DNA of 64,000 nucleotides from Escherichia phage vB_EcoM_MM02: sequence record MK373784.1; one strand, 5' to 3'. Under the pieces are notes generated by a model. That model saw only the letters and a program-made list of their open reading frames with translations, was not told where the DNA came from and searched no databases. The position numbers and the translations under genes are program-made. Positions 38,316 to 48,391 of the stretch are shown piece after piece; the first letter of the stretch is position 1, and each line of letters opens with the position of its first letter.

Positions 38316-38566
38316 ATGTATTCTCTTCGAATGAAGTCCTCTACATATTTTAACATGTCATCTCTATCAGCAAAATATTCATCTAGTTCCGCATACATAA
38401 CAACACCTGGTGCATACTCGCAAGTAACATACATTGTTCCAAAGAAACGAGGAGTTGATTCCTCGTAATTCTCAGTCCATTCAACGATGCCAATATAACC
38501 GTCACCAATACTAGATTCATGACGATGGATTTCATAATCAGTCTTCGCCATTATACGCATCCTCAA
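38312..38566 (-). CDS. hypothetical protein (46.1 position)
   Basis: 84-aa ORF, translationally coupled. Confidence 0.35.
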   Translation of the reverse strand: MRMRIMAKTDYEIHRHESSIGDGYIGIVEWTENYEESTPRFFGTMYVTCEYAPGVVMYAELDEYFADRDDMLKYVEDFIRREYI

Positions 38567-38795
38567 TACACGCTTCAGCCATTTTAAGAATAGAGCCGGG
38601 AGTATCGTTGTCCATTATATTAAAGCTAAATTCAATAGCCCAGTCGGTGCAGACATGAACTGCTTTAACTTCATTGCCTTCAACGCGTAATGGCTCAATC
38701 CAATACTTGATAGTGTTCTTGAATCCATCATCGTCTTTAACGTCCATTTCAACTTCAAGTCCAAGCCCAGCATTATTAAATTCATCTAAAGTCAT
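38538..38795 (-). CDS. hypothetical protein (46.2 position)
   Basis: 85-aa ORF. Confidence 0.35.
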   Translation of the reverse strand: MTLDEFNNAGLGLEVEMDVKDDDGFKNTIKYWIEPLRVEGNEVKAVHVCTDWAIEFSFNIMDNDTPGSILKMAEACIEDAYNGED

Positions 38796-39811
38796 TGTGT
38801 TGCCTCAATATAAAGTTCGTTGGAATATTTGACCAGCGCTTCTCTGTCTTCGTCTGAGATATCTGGAATCGCGTCAATATATTCTTTAATGATATCTTGA
38901 AGTGATTTAATCTCGATTTCCTGGTCGTCATCAGATTCAACACTGTTATCAACTTTAGAAACCATGCGAAGAGAGTGAACTACTTTTTCAAGTTCAGATT
39001 CAAACTTAGTCAACTCTGAATCAATTTCTGATACTATAACACGTACGGCTAGATTAGTATAATCAGAATAATTGATTTTGCCTTTAAACGGATAAGTGAT
39101 TCGTCGATGCCATGTTGTTTCATTAGGAATAAATTCCATACGTTCAACGTCAGTGTCAAATACCCAGAATCCGCGAGGGTCGTTCTCATCACCTGCAGTA
39201 AGGGTCCATGGTGTCCCAATATATTTGACGTTAGCAGCTTCAGAGATTGTGTGGAAGTGGCCAGACCAGACTTGTTTATAGGTCTTTAAGAAATCAGGTT
39301 CAAGCCCATGAGACTTCATTCCTTTATAGAAATAAAAGCCATTCAGTTCCCAGTGCCCAACACAATACGCTGCGGAAGAAGTCTTGATGTGCTCTAAGAT
39401 TTCACCTGTATTTTCTTCACACATCCATGGAACGATATCAATCAGACATCCGTCAAAATCTACAGTAGTTGGATGCTCGTAAATAGTAAAGTTTTCAAAT
39501 TGAGTCAACAATTCAGAAACAGTGTTAGGTGTTATTGTATTCTTAAACGCCATGTCATGGTTTCCTATCGTGACATGAACGTGAATGCCTGCTTTAGAAA
39601 TCATATCAACAATTTCACGATTGAATTCCATTGTACGATGTGTTATTGCTTTACGGACGTCAAACCAATCGCCGTACTGAATCCAAGTTTTAATCCCGTG
39701 TTTCTTAGAGTATTCAATTGCTTGACGAATACCATCACGTTGAATATCTTGAACCCATGGGTCGTCTTGTTTGACTCCGATATGGAAGTCGCCTAAGTGC
39801 AAAATTTTCAT
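38792..39811 (-). CDS. 47: recombination endonuclease nuclease subunit (SbcD/Mre11-like), gene 47
   Basis: 339 aa; phosphoesterase motifs MKILHLGDFHIG, GDWFD, GNHD. Confidence 0.9.
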   Translation of the reverse strand: MKILHLGDFHIGVKQDDPWVQDIQRDGIRQAIEYSKKHGIKTWIQYGDWFDVRKAITHRTMEFNREIVDMISKAGIHVHVTIGNHDMAFKNTITPNTVSELLTQFENFTIYEHPTTVDFDGCLIDIVPWMCEENTGEILEHIKTSSAAYCVGHWELNGFYFYKGMKSHGLEPDFLKTYKQVWSGHFHTISEAANVKYIGTPWTLTAGDENDPRGFWVFDTDVERMEFIPNETTWHRRITYPFKGKINYSDYTNLAVRVIVSEIDSELTKFESELEKVVHSLRMVSKVDNSVESDDDQEIEIKSLQDIIKEYIDAIPDISDEDREALVKYSNELYIEATQ

Positions 39812-39856
39812 ATTATTTCCTCATTAGTTAATTCATTTTATCATCCGTTTATAAAG

Positions 39857-39880
39857 CAAAAAAGGAACTCCGAAGAGTTC
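39857..39880 (-). terminator. rho-independent terminator upstream of gene 47 (UUCG-loop hairpin + U6)
   Basis: Plus strand aaaaaa ggaactc cgaa gagttcc. Confidence 0.55.
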
Positions 39881-40093
39881 CTATCCACATAGTACACCGT
39901 ACAGAGGCTCATTTGAACTTTTAAATCGAATGGGCTTGTACGTAATAGTTCCTTCGGCTTTAGCTTTATCATAAGACTCTTTAAAATGTCTCATTCTTTC
40001 TGCTTTGCCTTTACGGATTTTATCGAAATTTTCAGAAGTCGGGATGTTCGTCATGCATAAGCACCTCTCAGAAAATGCCTAAATCAATTTCTC

Positions 40094-40315
40094 TCATCGT
40101 TTCCACCATTTCTTAACTTGAAATGAATCGACCCACACGAGTTGTTTTGGGTCTGCCTTTACAATAGGCGGACAAATTTCTGTAATAGAACCGTCGTGAT
40201 ATTCCTTTTCAGAAATTTTAACACAAAGAGGACCTCCCAATTTAAGGGTGAACCCTGCGTTCAGCTTCAGACGTTTAAACTTTGTTTGAACTAGCGCCAT
40301 TAATGATGTCCTCAA
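40094..40315 (-). CDS. hypothetical protein
   Basis: 73-aa ORF in the slot where T4 has alpha-gt. Confidence 0.3.
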   Translation of the reverse strand: MRTSLMALVQTKFKRLKLNAGFTLKLGGPLCVKISEKEYHDGSITEICPPIVKADPKQLVWVDSFQVKKWWKR

Positions 40316-40598
40316 TAGCCTGACGAGTAGTAACCCACTGGATTTTAATTAACTTGTCATTGTATGGTTGTCGTAGAATATCCCGAGATTTCTTAATAGC
40401 ATATTCGTAAGCTTCGAAGTTGTTTTGAATTGCTGCTTCTTGAGCATGAGCATAAAGACGGTTTAGTTCAAAACGATTCTTTTTAAGAATCTTTTCGGAT
40501 TTTTTACGTGCTTCAGCTTCATTTTTCTTTTGGATTTCTTGTAGCATTTTAGCTACTGCATCTTCTGCTTCTTTATTTTCAATAATCTCGGTAGTCAT
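40275..40598 (-). CDS. hypothetical protein
   Basis: 107-aa ORF. Confidence 0.35.
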   Translation of the reverse strand: MTTEIIENKEAEDAVAKMLQEIQKKNEAEARKKSEKILKKNRFELNRLYAHAQEAAIQNNFEAYEYAIKKSRDILRQPYNDKLIKIQWVTTRQAIEDIINGASSNKV

Positions 40599-40599
40599 A

Positions 40600-40893
40600 T
40601 TATCTCATTAAATTAAAATAAAAACGTCCATCCTCTTCAATACAGAACTCATATTCAACTGGAGTCCCGTTTATCGAAAATGACACGTCATGTGGGTTCA
40701 AAGGGTCGATGTCAAAATTAATTTTAAATTCACGACCCAACAGTTTTACCAAATAAGGGATTGCTTCGTCAAAAGGTTCTTCTAAGTAGTTAGAGATGTC
40801 AATTGTCATCCTCATATAAAAAATCCAAACTAGGCGAATCGCTAACAACTTCCTTCTTTTCAGCCCCAGGAGCTTTATAAGCGGATTCTTCAT
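40600..40893 (-). CDS. hypothetical protein (true start probably an internal ATG near 40809-40815)
   Basis: 97-aa track ORF overlapping the 3' end of gene 55. Confidence 0.3.
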   Translation of the reverse strand: MKNPLIKLLGLKRRKLLAIRLVWIFYMRMTIDISNYLEEPFDEAIPYLVKLLGREFKINFDIDPLNPHDVSFSINGTPVEYEFCIEEDGRFYFNLMR

Positions 40894-41374
40894 AATGCGT
40901 CATTTTATCGTAGATGTCTTGAATAAATGTTTCATCTACCAACGCTACCATATCATCGTCATGACTGTCGTAGACATTATGAACGAAGTAACTATATTTC
41001 TTTGCAACTTCCTTACGTTCTTTTTTGATACGTTGGACAAAAGCATTAAAACAAGCTCGAGTTATGTATGCATGTGGGTTATTGTACTTAGTTTCGTCGA
41101 AATTATGAAGTCCCTTAATAGAGGCTTCAATCCCATCTGCAATCATCTCCTGCTTCCAAGACTGGGTATATCCTGAAAAGTTGAAACGTTTGGACAGGCC
41201 TTCGGCGATAAGCATAATTGCTAAACCGATGGTATCATTCTGACGAATAATTTTGTTTGGGTCTTTATTATTTAAGAGCTCCTTTTTCCACTCGATTATA
41301 GCGGCGAGAAGCTCTTTATTATTCACATAGTTATTTTTAGGTTTTTGTTCAGTCATAAGTACCTCTTGGCTCAA
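40799..41374 (-). CDS. 55: late-transcription sigma factor gp55
   Basis: 191 aa; ...[15 protein letters not shown]...[40 protein letters not shown]... matches my memory of T4 gp55. Confidence 0.85.
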   Translation of the reverse strand: MSQEVLMTEQKPKNNYVNNKELLAAIIEWKKELLNNKDPNKIIRQNDTIGLAIMLIAEGLSKRFNFSGYTQSWKQEMIADGIEASIKGLHNFDETKYNNPHAYITRACFNAFVQRIKKERKEVAKKYSYFVHNVYDSHDDDMVALVDETFIQDIYDKMTHYEESAYKAPGAEKKEVVSDSPSLDFLYEDDN

Positions 41375-41428
41375 TTCATAGGTCTATTATATCATAATAT
41401 TTAGAGACCTATCTTAAAGCACGAGATA

Positions 41429-41698
41429 CTATCGGAGCAAACAATAAGCCTGAAACACTTTTTCCATTAAACGTTTGAACTCATGGATATCGATATAAAG
41501 CTCAGTAAGACCGGCATTATAAAGAAAATCTAAAAAGTTCTCATGTGTTTCGTTATAGTCGCCTTCGTTTAATTGAGATACATGAGTTTCCCAAAAACCA
41601 ACACCTTTAACGAACGGAAAATACGTGACTTTCATGTATTCGTCAACATAAAATTCGCCCAGCTTTTCTTCAGTTATACTGATTCGAGTTAATTTCAT
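41429..41698 (-). CDS. hypothetical protein
   Basis: 89-aa ORF. Confidence 0.3.
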   Translation of the reverse strand: MKLTRISITEEKLGEFYVDEYMKVTYFPFVKGVGFWETHVSQLNEGDYNETHENFLDFLYNAGLTELYIDIHEFKRLMEKVFQAYCLLR

Positions 41699-41922
41699 TC
41701 TAGTTCCTTTGCTGCTTCAAGAGCAGCATCCAGCGAATCAAATTGGTCAACGAAATCAATATTCAACGCATCGTCAACCGTAGCATATAACCACCATTGT
41801 TTGAATTCGTATTCTAGAATAAATCCAGGACCTTCAATCTGAGGAAGACCTAGACTATTTGTACCAACTTCGTAACCAGCTAGACGCAGGTCATTAATCA
41901 AAGTTTCTGTTAATACGCTCAT
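41695..41922 (-). CDS. hypothetical protein
   Basis: 75-aa ORF, coupled. Confidence 0.3.
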   Translation of the reverse strand: MSVLTETLINDLRLAGYEVGTNSLGLPQIEGPGFILEYEFKQWWLYATVDDALNIDFVDQFDSLDAALEAAKELE

Positions 41923-42299
41923 TTTACCGCCTTAACAATTTTAAGGTCAACGAATTTTTTCTTACGTTGATTTTTCATACGACGGATAGTCTTTTCAGAG
42001 ATTTCATGTTTCTGATAAGCTTTAGATTCAACACCAAATGCAGCAACGTCAAATTCAGAAAGAATATATTGTACTAGAATTTCACGAATAGAATTACGTC
42101 CAATTTTCTGGTCGTGTTTTTGCATGATTTCATAAAGACGGAATTCCCACGCATCAAGAACTTGAGGAGTAACAACATTGCCAGATTCCAGAAGAGCAAC
42201 AACTTTATCGAAAGCGAAAGAATTAACTACGTTTTTGATTTTAGTAGACATATTATTTTCCTCGGTTATTTTATTATCCAACGAGAGAATTATACTCAT
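41919..42299 (-). CDS. hypothetical protein
   Basis: 126-aa ORF, coupled. Confidence 0.35.
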   Translation of the reverse strand: MSIILSLDNKITEENNMSTKIKNVVNSFAFDKVVALLESGNVVTPQVLDAWEFRLYEIMQKHDQKIGRNSIREILVQYILSEFDVAAFGVESKAYQKHEISEKTIRRMKNQRKKKFVDLKIVKAVK

Positions 42300-42317
42300 C
42301 TCTCAAGAGTTTGTATA

Positions 42318-42557
42318 CTATTTTTTAAGCATGAAAAGTAAGTAATTTGTATCACGTGGAGTAATATCAACACCCATATCAAAGATGCCTTTATAGATTG
42401 GGTATTTGTTTTCTGTTGTATCGAAGCTGAAACTATTTCCATCACAACTAACAGTAATAGCATCTGTTAAAATGTCATACTCAATCCTAACAATTGAATC
42501 ACCAATTTTAACGTCGAGGTGTTTTTTGAATTTGATAAAATCTAATTCTTGGGCCAT
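42318..42557 (-). CDS. hypothetical protein
   Basis: 79-aa ORF; perfect 11-bp inverted repeat with -10-like loop just upstream (approx. 42561-42592). Confidence 0.3.
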   Translation of the reverse strand: MAQELDFIKFKKHLDVKIGDSIVRIEYDILTDAITVSCDGNSFSFDTTENKYPIYKGIFDMGVDITPRDTNYLLFMLKK

Positions 42558-42620
42558 GATATTTTCCTCATTTTAAGACGATAGGAAGATAATAACATGT
42601 CTTCCTATCGTTGTACATTA

Positions 42621-42821
42621 TTAACCGAACTTTTTAGCGCCTTTCCAGCCTTCGTACATAACTGCACAAGTCAGTAGTACAGCGTGCTGGCATTCTTTGT
42701 ATTTGTAAATCCAGAACCAGCGTAAGAAGTCTTCATCCTCAACGCCGTTGAGTTTCATATTGGCAAAGAATTCGGCACGTTCTTCACGAAGCTTTTGCGA
42801 TAACATAGATTCAGGATTCAT
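42621..42821 (-). CDS. hypothetical protein
   Basis: 66-aa ORF. Confidence 0.3.
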   Translation of the reverse strand: MNPESMLSQKLREERAEFFANMKLNGVEDEDFLRWFWIYKYKECQHAVLLTCAVMYEGWKGAKKFG

Positions 42822-42959
42822 TTTGTGTTCCAGGCCCCATTTTCATCGATGAACTTAATCCAGTCATTTACAGACCATTTAGTTGTATCACCCTTTGGAT
42901 TAACATTTAAAGTATATAATCCCTGCTTAAAAAGCATTCGTTTGATATTCATAATTTCC

Positions 42960-43280
42960 TCAACTGTAACGATAACATTCGTTAGCTTTACGTTTGGCTT
43001 CAGTATGAGAAGTATTATAATCATACTCTTCTTTACTGTAAACATCTTTTTTCAACTTACGAACTTCTTTGCGGAGTTGTCGATTCATTTCATTCTTGAC
43101 TTCAGAATCAACGCCTTTCATACGTTTCCATTTATCTGAGCGGAAAATGTTTTCAACCATGTCTTTGTGGCTAACACCGTCAGGAGCTTTACGCTTACCA
43201 AAATAGTCATAATCGCGAACTTTCAAATCTTTACGACGATACGTTTTACCCATAAGTACCTCAGAGGTTGATTGATACAA
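42960..43280 (-). CDS. hypothetical basic protein
   Basis: 106-aa ORF, Lys/Arg-rich. Confidence 0.3.
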   Translation of the reverse strand: MYQSTSEVLMGKTYRRKDLKVRDYDYFGKRKAPDGVSHKDMVENIFRSDKWKRMKGVDSEVKNEMNRQLRKEVRKLKKDVYSKEEYDYNTSHTEAKRKANECYRYS

Positions 43281-43509
43281 CGCGTTTGATAAAATTCACT
43301 TCACTTACTGAAAGGTCTTTAAGACCGATTGATTCTAAACGCTGAGTAAGCGTCAACATCGGGATATAATCCCAATGAGTTTTATTTGCTTGATAAGTAC
43401 GAACGCCATTAGCAATTTCAACATGCAAATCGGAAATGGTAACGAATACCGGACGTTCGTCATTAACTTTAAGGGTTAGAACAACTTTCTTTGAATCTAA
43501 ACTAATCAT
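43261..43509 (-). CDS. hypothetical protein
   Basis: 82-aa ORF. Confidence 0.3.
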   Translation of the reverse strand: MISLDSKKVVLTLKVNDERPVFVTISDLHVEIANGVRTYQANKTHWDYIPMLTLTQRLESIGLKDLSVSEVNFIKRVVSINL

Positions 43510-43850
43510 GACTTAATTTCCTTCGCAATTGAACAGAAGATACCACGGTCACAAAGCATTTCACCAATTTCTGGATATTTGATTGAACGGTACCAAACAT
43601 CCAGGCTTGAAACTCTGGTTATCTGTATGGCATTACCATTGACAGAATAGTACTGGTCAACCTTAATTTCTTTATCTTCAATTGTCATTTTATTTTCCTC
43701 TATAGTAGATGGTTTAATCTTAACACATCTATTGAGGATGTAAACTGTTTTATGAAAATATTTTTTGATTTGAGAGGGGCACAAGGAGATAGTGAAGTGA
43801 AGATTCCAATGGATTATATTAGAAATGAGATAAAGAAGACCAGGCGGCAC
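43506..43850 (-). CDS. hypothetical protein
   Basis: 114-aa ORF. Confidence 0.3.
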   Translation of the reverse strand: MPPGLLYLISNIIHWNLHFTISLCPSQIKKYFHKTVYILNRCVKIKPSTIEENKMTIEDKEIKVDQYYSVNGNAIQITRVSSLDVWYRSIKYPEIGEMLCDRGIFCSIAKEIKS

Positions 43851-43854
43851 CTGG

Positions 43855-44307
43855 TCAATCTTCTATGATATCAGAGTCATATCCTAATGAAATCAAGGAC
43901 TTTTTAAACTCTGCAATATTCTTTTGTTTCTTATCATTTAAAAATATGACAGGATAACGAATATTAAGTGAAGTGAATCCTGCACGTTTAGCAAGAGATA
44001 CGATTAAAGGACGGTCATATTCAATCTTACCATTATTAGTGAGGACTTTATAAAATGTATAAGGAGCATTGAGATCCTTTAAAAGTTTTGTAACAGCATA
44101 ACATCCTGGACAACGTCCTACTTCTTCAGGGATGCCATAGATTTCAATCTTGTTCTTTAAGTTCGAGTTTTGTTCCACGAGAAATAATTCCTTGGTAAGC
44201 CCAATAAGGAGGATTAACAGAATCCTCGCCAGAGTTTTCTTCAGGAAAATAAACCTGGATAACAAATCCAGATTCATCAAAGGTAAAATAAACCGTAGGC
44301 AATTCAC
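43855..44307 (-). CDS. glutaredoxin/NrdH-like redoxin (start uncertain, probably near 44200)
   Basis: C-terminal about 95 aa contain IEIYGIPEEVGRCPGCYAVTKLL (CxxC thioredoxin-fold active site); track ORF extends upstream across another ORF. Confidence 0.5.
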   Translation of the reverse strand: MNCLRFILPLMNLDLLSRFIFLKKTLARILLILLIGLTKELFLVEQNSNLKNKIEIYGIPEEVGRCPGCYAVTKLLKDLNAPYTFYKVLTNNGKIEYDRPLIVSLAKRAGFTSLNIRYPVIFLNDKKQKNIAEFKKSLISLGYDSDIIED

Positions 44308-44461
44308 CTAACAATTCGGCACGAGCATTAATTTCTTCTAGATCTCGTTCACGTCCAGCCCAAAAACTAGGATTTAGATTACATTCGTAAAAATAATAGT
44401 CATTACCGAACATATCAAAACCCTTCCAACTCTCTACCACATACCGCTCAAAACTAATCAT
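44144..44461 (-). CDS. hypothetical protein
   Basis: 105-aa ORF. Confidence 0.3.
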   Translation of the reverse strand: MISFERYVVESWKGFDMFGNDYYFYECNLNPSFWAGRERDLEEINARAELLGELPTVYFTFDESGFVIQVYFPEENSGEDSVNPPYWAYQGIISRGTKLELKEQD

Positions 44462-44463
44462 AA

Positions 44464-44679
44464 TTAAGCCTTTTTATCAAGAACAGAATTCAGTTTATTA
44501 GTAATTTTGTCCAAACGTTCATTGAATTCGCTGGAGGATAAACCCTTTTCTGGAGAAATTAAACTAATCACGAAAAATACACCAGTAAAAGGAATAAGAA
44601 AAATAGCTCCAACTGCCATAAACAAAAAGAACGTTACAGTTGTAAGAAAATCAGCTAAACCTTTACGAAATTTGTACAT
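44464..44679 (-). CDS. small membrane protein
   Basis: 71 aa with two hydrophobic helices. Confidence 0.3.
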   Translation of the reverse strand: MYKFRKGLADFLTTVTFFLFMAVGAIFLIPFTGVFFVISLISPEKGLSSSEFNERLDKITNKLNSVLDKKA

Positions 44680-44789
44680 ATTTACCCTTAATTAACTAAG
44701 CATTGATAATCATTAAACTATATTGCGAATAAAATTCTGGACCAAAACGAAAAATCATATCATTTATAGTATCCATAATGTAATTCAAT

Positions 44790-45260
44790 TTAATCATGTT
44801 TCCACACCCCATCGCTATTTGACCAAAGTCGCTGATTATCTGATCCTCGCCAAAGCTTTTTAGTCGGAAGATTTTTCTCATACTTCCCATCAATAATAAC
44901 ATCAACATATTTAAGCATTTCTAGTTGTTTAATATCTTCAAACTTATATCCTGTCCACAACCAAATGCTTTTATTGGGATAAAGATTTTTTACTGTTTGA
45001 GCAATGCGATGAATAACATCTCGGTTATCAGGATAGAGAGGGTCTCCTCCGGTTATAGTTAATCCTTCTATATAATCATTATTCAAACATTCAATCAATT
45101 GTTCTAGTGTCTCTCCAGTGAATGGAGTACCATTTCTAGCATTCCATGTTGATTTATTATAACACCCTTCACATTTATGCAAACAACCTGTAACGAAAAG
45201 AACGACCCTGCATCCAGGGCCATTCACAAAATCGCAAGGATAAAATCTATCATAATTCAT
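44790..45260 (-). CDS. nrdG: anaerobic ribonucleotide reductase activating protein NrdG (radical SAM)
   Basis: 156 aa; CxxxCxxC in VTGCLHKCEGCYN. Confidence 0.85.
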   Translation of the reverse strand: MNYDRFYPCDFVNGPGCRVVLFVTGCLHKCEGCYNKSTWNARNGTPFTGETLEQLIECLNNDYIEGLTITGGDPLYPDNRDVIHRIAQTVKNLYPNKSIWLWTGYKFEDIKQLEMLKYVDVIIDGKYEKNLPTKKLWRGSDNQRLWSNSDGVWKHD

Positions 45261-47074
45261 TGGTGTTTAACCCTATGCATGATTTCTTTATTTTTACCGA
45301 GATTAAATCCGCGCTCGTTCGGATTTCCCAAATAGCCGCATGTTCTTCTTATAGTGTTCATCTTTTTAGGATCAGTTTCTCCACAAACTGAACAAACAAA
45401 TCCGTTTTCAGTAGGAGTCATCTCATGGGTACTTCCACATGTAAAACATTTATCTACTGGCATATTAACACCAAAATAATCTAAATGTTGTGCAGCATAA
45501 TCCCAGACAGCCTCGAGTCCCTTTAAATTGTTTTTCATATCAGGAAGTTCAACATAAGAAATGTGACCACCTGTCGCAATGAAATGATATGGCGCTTCAC
45601 GAGAAATCTTTTCAAACGGAGTAATATTTTCTTCTACTGAAACATGGAAACTATTAGTGTACCAGCCTTTATCGGTAACATCCTTTACATTTCCATATTT
45701 TTCTGTATCGAGTTTACAGAAGCGATAACAAAGGTTTTCAGCAGGAGTAGAATACAAACTAAAAGCAAATCCAGTTCTTTCGGACCACTGTTTAAGATGA
45801 GCATTCATTTTAGTTAAAATTTCTTGCCCAATATCACGACCGACAAGAATATTCAATTCGTGAATACCAATGTATCCTAAAGACACTGAACTTCTACCGT
45901 TTTTAAATAACTCAATTATGTCGTCATCAGGTTTAAGACGAACCCCGAATGCACCTTCTTGGTAAAGAATAGGAGCAACAGTAGCTTTAACTCCTTTTAA
46001 GGAACTAATTCTACACATCAAAGCTTCAAAACATAAATCCATTCGTTCATTGAATAATTCAACAAATTTCTGTTCGTTAAATTGCGTTCCAATATAAGAA
46101 TCTAACGCGATGCGAGGAAGATTCAATGTTACAACACCAAGATTATTGCGACCATCAAGAATTTCATTACCGGTCGAATCTTTCCATACGCTCAAGAAAC
46201 TACGGCAGCCCATTGGAGAAACAGGAACTGAAGAACCGGTAATAGCTTTATTATTCTTAACCGAAATAATGTCAGGATACATTCTTTTGCTTGCACATTC
46301 TAACGCAAGTTGTTTAATATCATAGTTCGGATCATCTTTATAAAGATTAACACCTTCTTCAACAAACATAACAAGTTTAGGAAAAATAGGAGTTATTCCA
46401 TCACGACCAAGACCTTTAATGCGGTTTTTAAGAATTGCCTTCTGAATCATTCGTTCGGTCCAGTCAGTTCCCGTACCAAATGTAATTGTTACAAAAGGCG
46501 TTTGTCCGTTTGAACTAAAGAGAGTATTTACTTCATATTCATAAGCTTGGAATGCATCGTATACATCTTTTTCTGTTTTGGATTGAGCATAATTCAACGC
46601 ATCAGCGATTTGCCATTTTTCTGCATCCTCAATATGTTTAGCGTATGTGCGTTTAACATAAGGAGAAAGAACTTTATCTACATTCGCAAATGTAGTTCCG
46701 CCATACTGGTGTGAAGCAACTTGTGCGGTAATTTGTGCCATAATTGCAGTAGCAACGCCAATAGATTTAGGCGTTTCAATTTGAGCATTGCCTAATTTAA
46801 ATCCATTCTCAAGCATTCCTTTTAAATCTACTAAACAGCAATTAGTAAAAGGCAATGATATACTGTAATCTAAATCATGAAAATGAATTAATCCAACATT
46901 ATGGGCATTTACAATATGACTTGGAAGAATACGACAAGCGATATGTTTAGAAACAATACCGGCCATTAAATCTCTTTTTGTTGGAAAGACACGAGAATCT
47001 TTGTTGGCGTTTTCGGTATTTAATTCTTTATCTTTATTTGAAATAAAATTTAAAACATCTTTCTCTAAAGACAT
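45257..47074 (-). CDS. nrdD: anaerobic ribonucleoside-triphosphate reductase NrdD (glycyl radical enzyme)
   Basis: 605 aa; C-terminal Zn site CFTCGS...CSVCG and glycyl-radical motif RRTCGYLG; uninterrupted. Confidence 0.9.
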   Translation of the reverse strand: MSLEKDVLNFISNKDKELNTENANKDSRVFPTKRDLMAGIVSKHIACRILPSHIVNAHNVGLIHFHDLDYSISLPFTNCCLVDLKGMLENGFKLGNAQIETPKSIGVATAIMAQITAQVASHQYGGTTFANVDKVLSPYVKRTYAKHIEDAEKWQIADALNYAQSKTEKDVYDAFQAYEYEVNTLFSSNGQTPFVTITFGTGTDWTERMIQKAILKNRIKGLGRDGITPIFPKLVMFVEEGVNLYKDDPNYDIKQLALECASKRMYPDIISVKNNKAITGSSVPVSPMGCRSFLSVWKDSTGNEILDGRNNLGVVTLNLPRIALDSYIGTQFNEQKFVELFNERMDLCFEALMCRISSLKGVKATVAPILYQEGAFGVRLKPDDDIIELFKNGRSSVSLGYIGIHELNILVGRDIGQEILTKMNAHLKQWSERTGFAFSLYSTPAENLCYRFCKLDTEKYGNVKDVTDKGWYTNSFHVSVEENITPFEKISREAPYHFIATGGHISYVELPDMKNNLKGLEAVWDYAAQHLDYFGVNMPVDKCFTCGSTHEMTPTENGFVCSVCGETDPKKMNTIRRTCGYLGNPNERGFNLGKNKEIMHRVKHQ

Positions 47075-47886
47075 AATTCTAATTTATCCTTTTGAAATTC
47101 TTCGTCTAAATATGGGTTCCAACCCATTTTAAACCTTTTGATGAAATTATCAATTCTAAATTTCGGTAAGTTTAAATCCGCAAAAATAGATGATTTACTT
47201 TTAAAATCTGGACCTAAATAATCATATAAAATTTCTGCGTATTTTAACCATAATATACAAGTACCGGATTTAATTGCGTTCGGAGTTTTCCAAGGTTTTA
47301 CACCATACATCGGATTTCCACTTCCTTTATGCCTGATAGAAGATGAAATTCCAATTTTAATTTTAGCTTCCTTTGTATGCGAAAATCCACGATGCGGATT
47401 TTCTTTCCAGTATTTTTTAGAAGCTTCTGATATTTTCTTTCTGGCTAAATTAGTATGATGCTTTCCATAAAATCCATTATTTTTGCCTTTATTACGATTT
47501 CTTTTAATCATGGTTATTGATTGCTTTTCTCTAGTTTCTTTAGAAGGAGAAATACCATATGTCGTAAATTTGCCATCAGCATATGCTAAATTAAAATACT
47601 CTTTATTCCATACATCTTTTTCTATATTCTTTTGAAATTCAGCTTCAATGCTAGTTATTTGTTCATCTCCGACTAATTGAAAATATAATATTTCAACTTT
47701 CGGCGTTTCTTTCAATAAGGCTTTTTGAAATTCGGAAGATGACGAAGACGAATAATAAAATTTACCATTTTTATCAATAATATTCGTTCCATCAAAAGTG
47801 CAATTGGTTTTACTTCCAATGTAATAATATGGTGGGGTTTTAGCATTAATTCTATTAATAAATGATAGTTTATATACTACATTCAT
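47065..47886 (-). mobile_element. free-standing GIY-YIG homing endonuclease gene (Seg/I-TevI-like) with NUMOD3 repeats
   Basis: 273 aa; GIY-YIG core VYKLSF...PPYYYIGSKTN; NUMOD3-like repeats GKHHTNLARKKISEA, SHTKEAKIKIG; overlaps nrdD start by 10 nt. Confidence 0.7.
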
Positions 47887-48356
47887 TTTAAACTCTTTCT
47901 AAGCTGCTTTTTGAATGAAGCTATTAATTGTGTTTTAGTATCAGATTCATTATATTCAAATCCTCTTTGAAGCATCTCAGCCATCATTTCCTCTTTACCT
48001 AGTCTTGAGAACTCTTTAGTTTTGTCTGGAACAAAATTAGGATGGATATTATTATCAGAATAATCTTGTTTCAAATAAGCAAGAAGAGCTTCAAGCCATT
48101 CGAGGTAATCAACGTTTTTACCTTTAAGACCAGAACGGTTGAACTTATGCTTCATTTGGCCTTCTGCTGCGTTGCACAGAGAACAGAGTAACCCACGAAC
48201 TCTACCGGCTTTTGGCCCGTTTAATTCGTGGTCGTGGTCAAGATGGTTACCTTGAACATCAGGGTCTAATTCACGGTGGCAAATAGGACACTTACCATTC
48301 TGTGCATCATAAAATTTTTGTTTTTCTTCTTTATATTTTGCGCCTGATAATAACAT
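47883..48356 (-). CDS. 49: endonuclease VII (Holliday-junction resolvase), gene 49
   Basis: 157 aa; CPICHRELDPD...HLDHDHELNGPKAGRVRGLLCSLCNAAEG matches my memory of T4 endo VII. Confidence 0.9.
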   Translation of the reverse strand: MLLSGAKYKEEKQKFYDAQNGKCPICHRELDPDVQGNHLDHDHELNGPKAGRVRGLLCSLCNAAEGQMKHKFNRSGLKGKNVDYLEWLEALLAYLKQDYSDNNIHPNFVPDKTKEFSRLGKEEMMAEMLQRGFEYNESDTKTQLIASFKKQLRKSLK

Positions 48357-48391
48357 GATAAACCCTTACCTTAAATAGATAAGGGTATTTA

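Noticed and set aside
39880-39993. Small ORF between the UUCG terminator and the 73-aa ORF
   Set aside because: Hand translation gives only about 37 codons from the first in-frame ATG, with upstream ATGs hitting stops; too short and unsupported.
45257-47074. Group I intron in nrdD (as in T4) or introns/inteins in gene 43
   Set aside because: Both ORFs are uninterrupted at expected lengths (605 and 903 aa); the nearby homing endonuclease is free-standing, not intron-borne.
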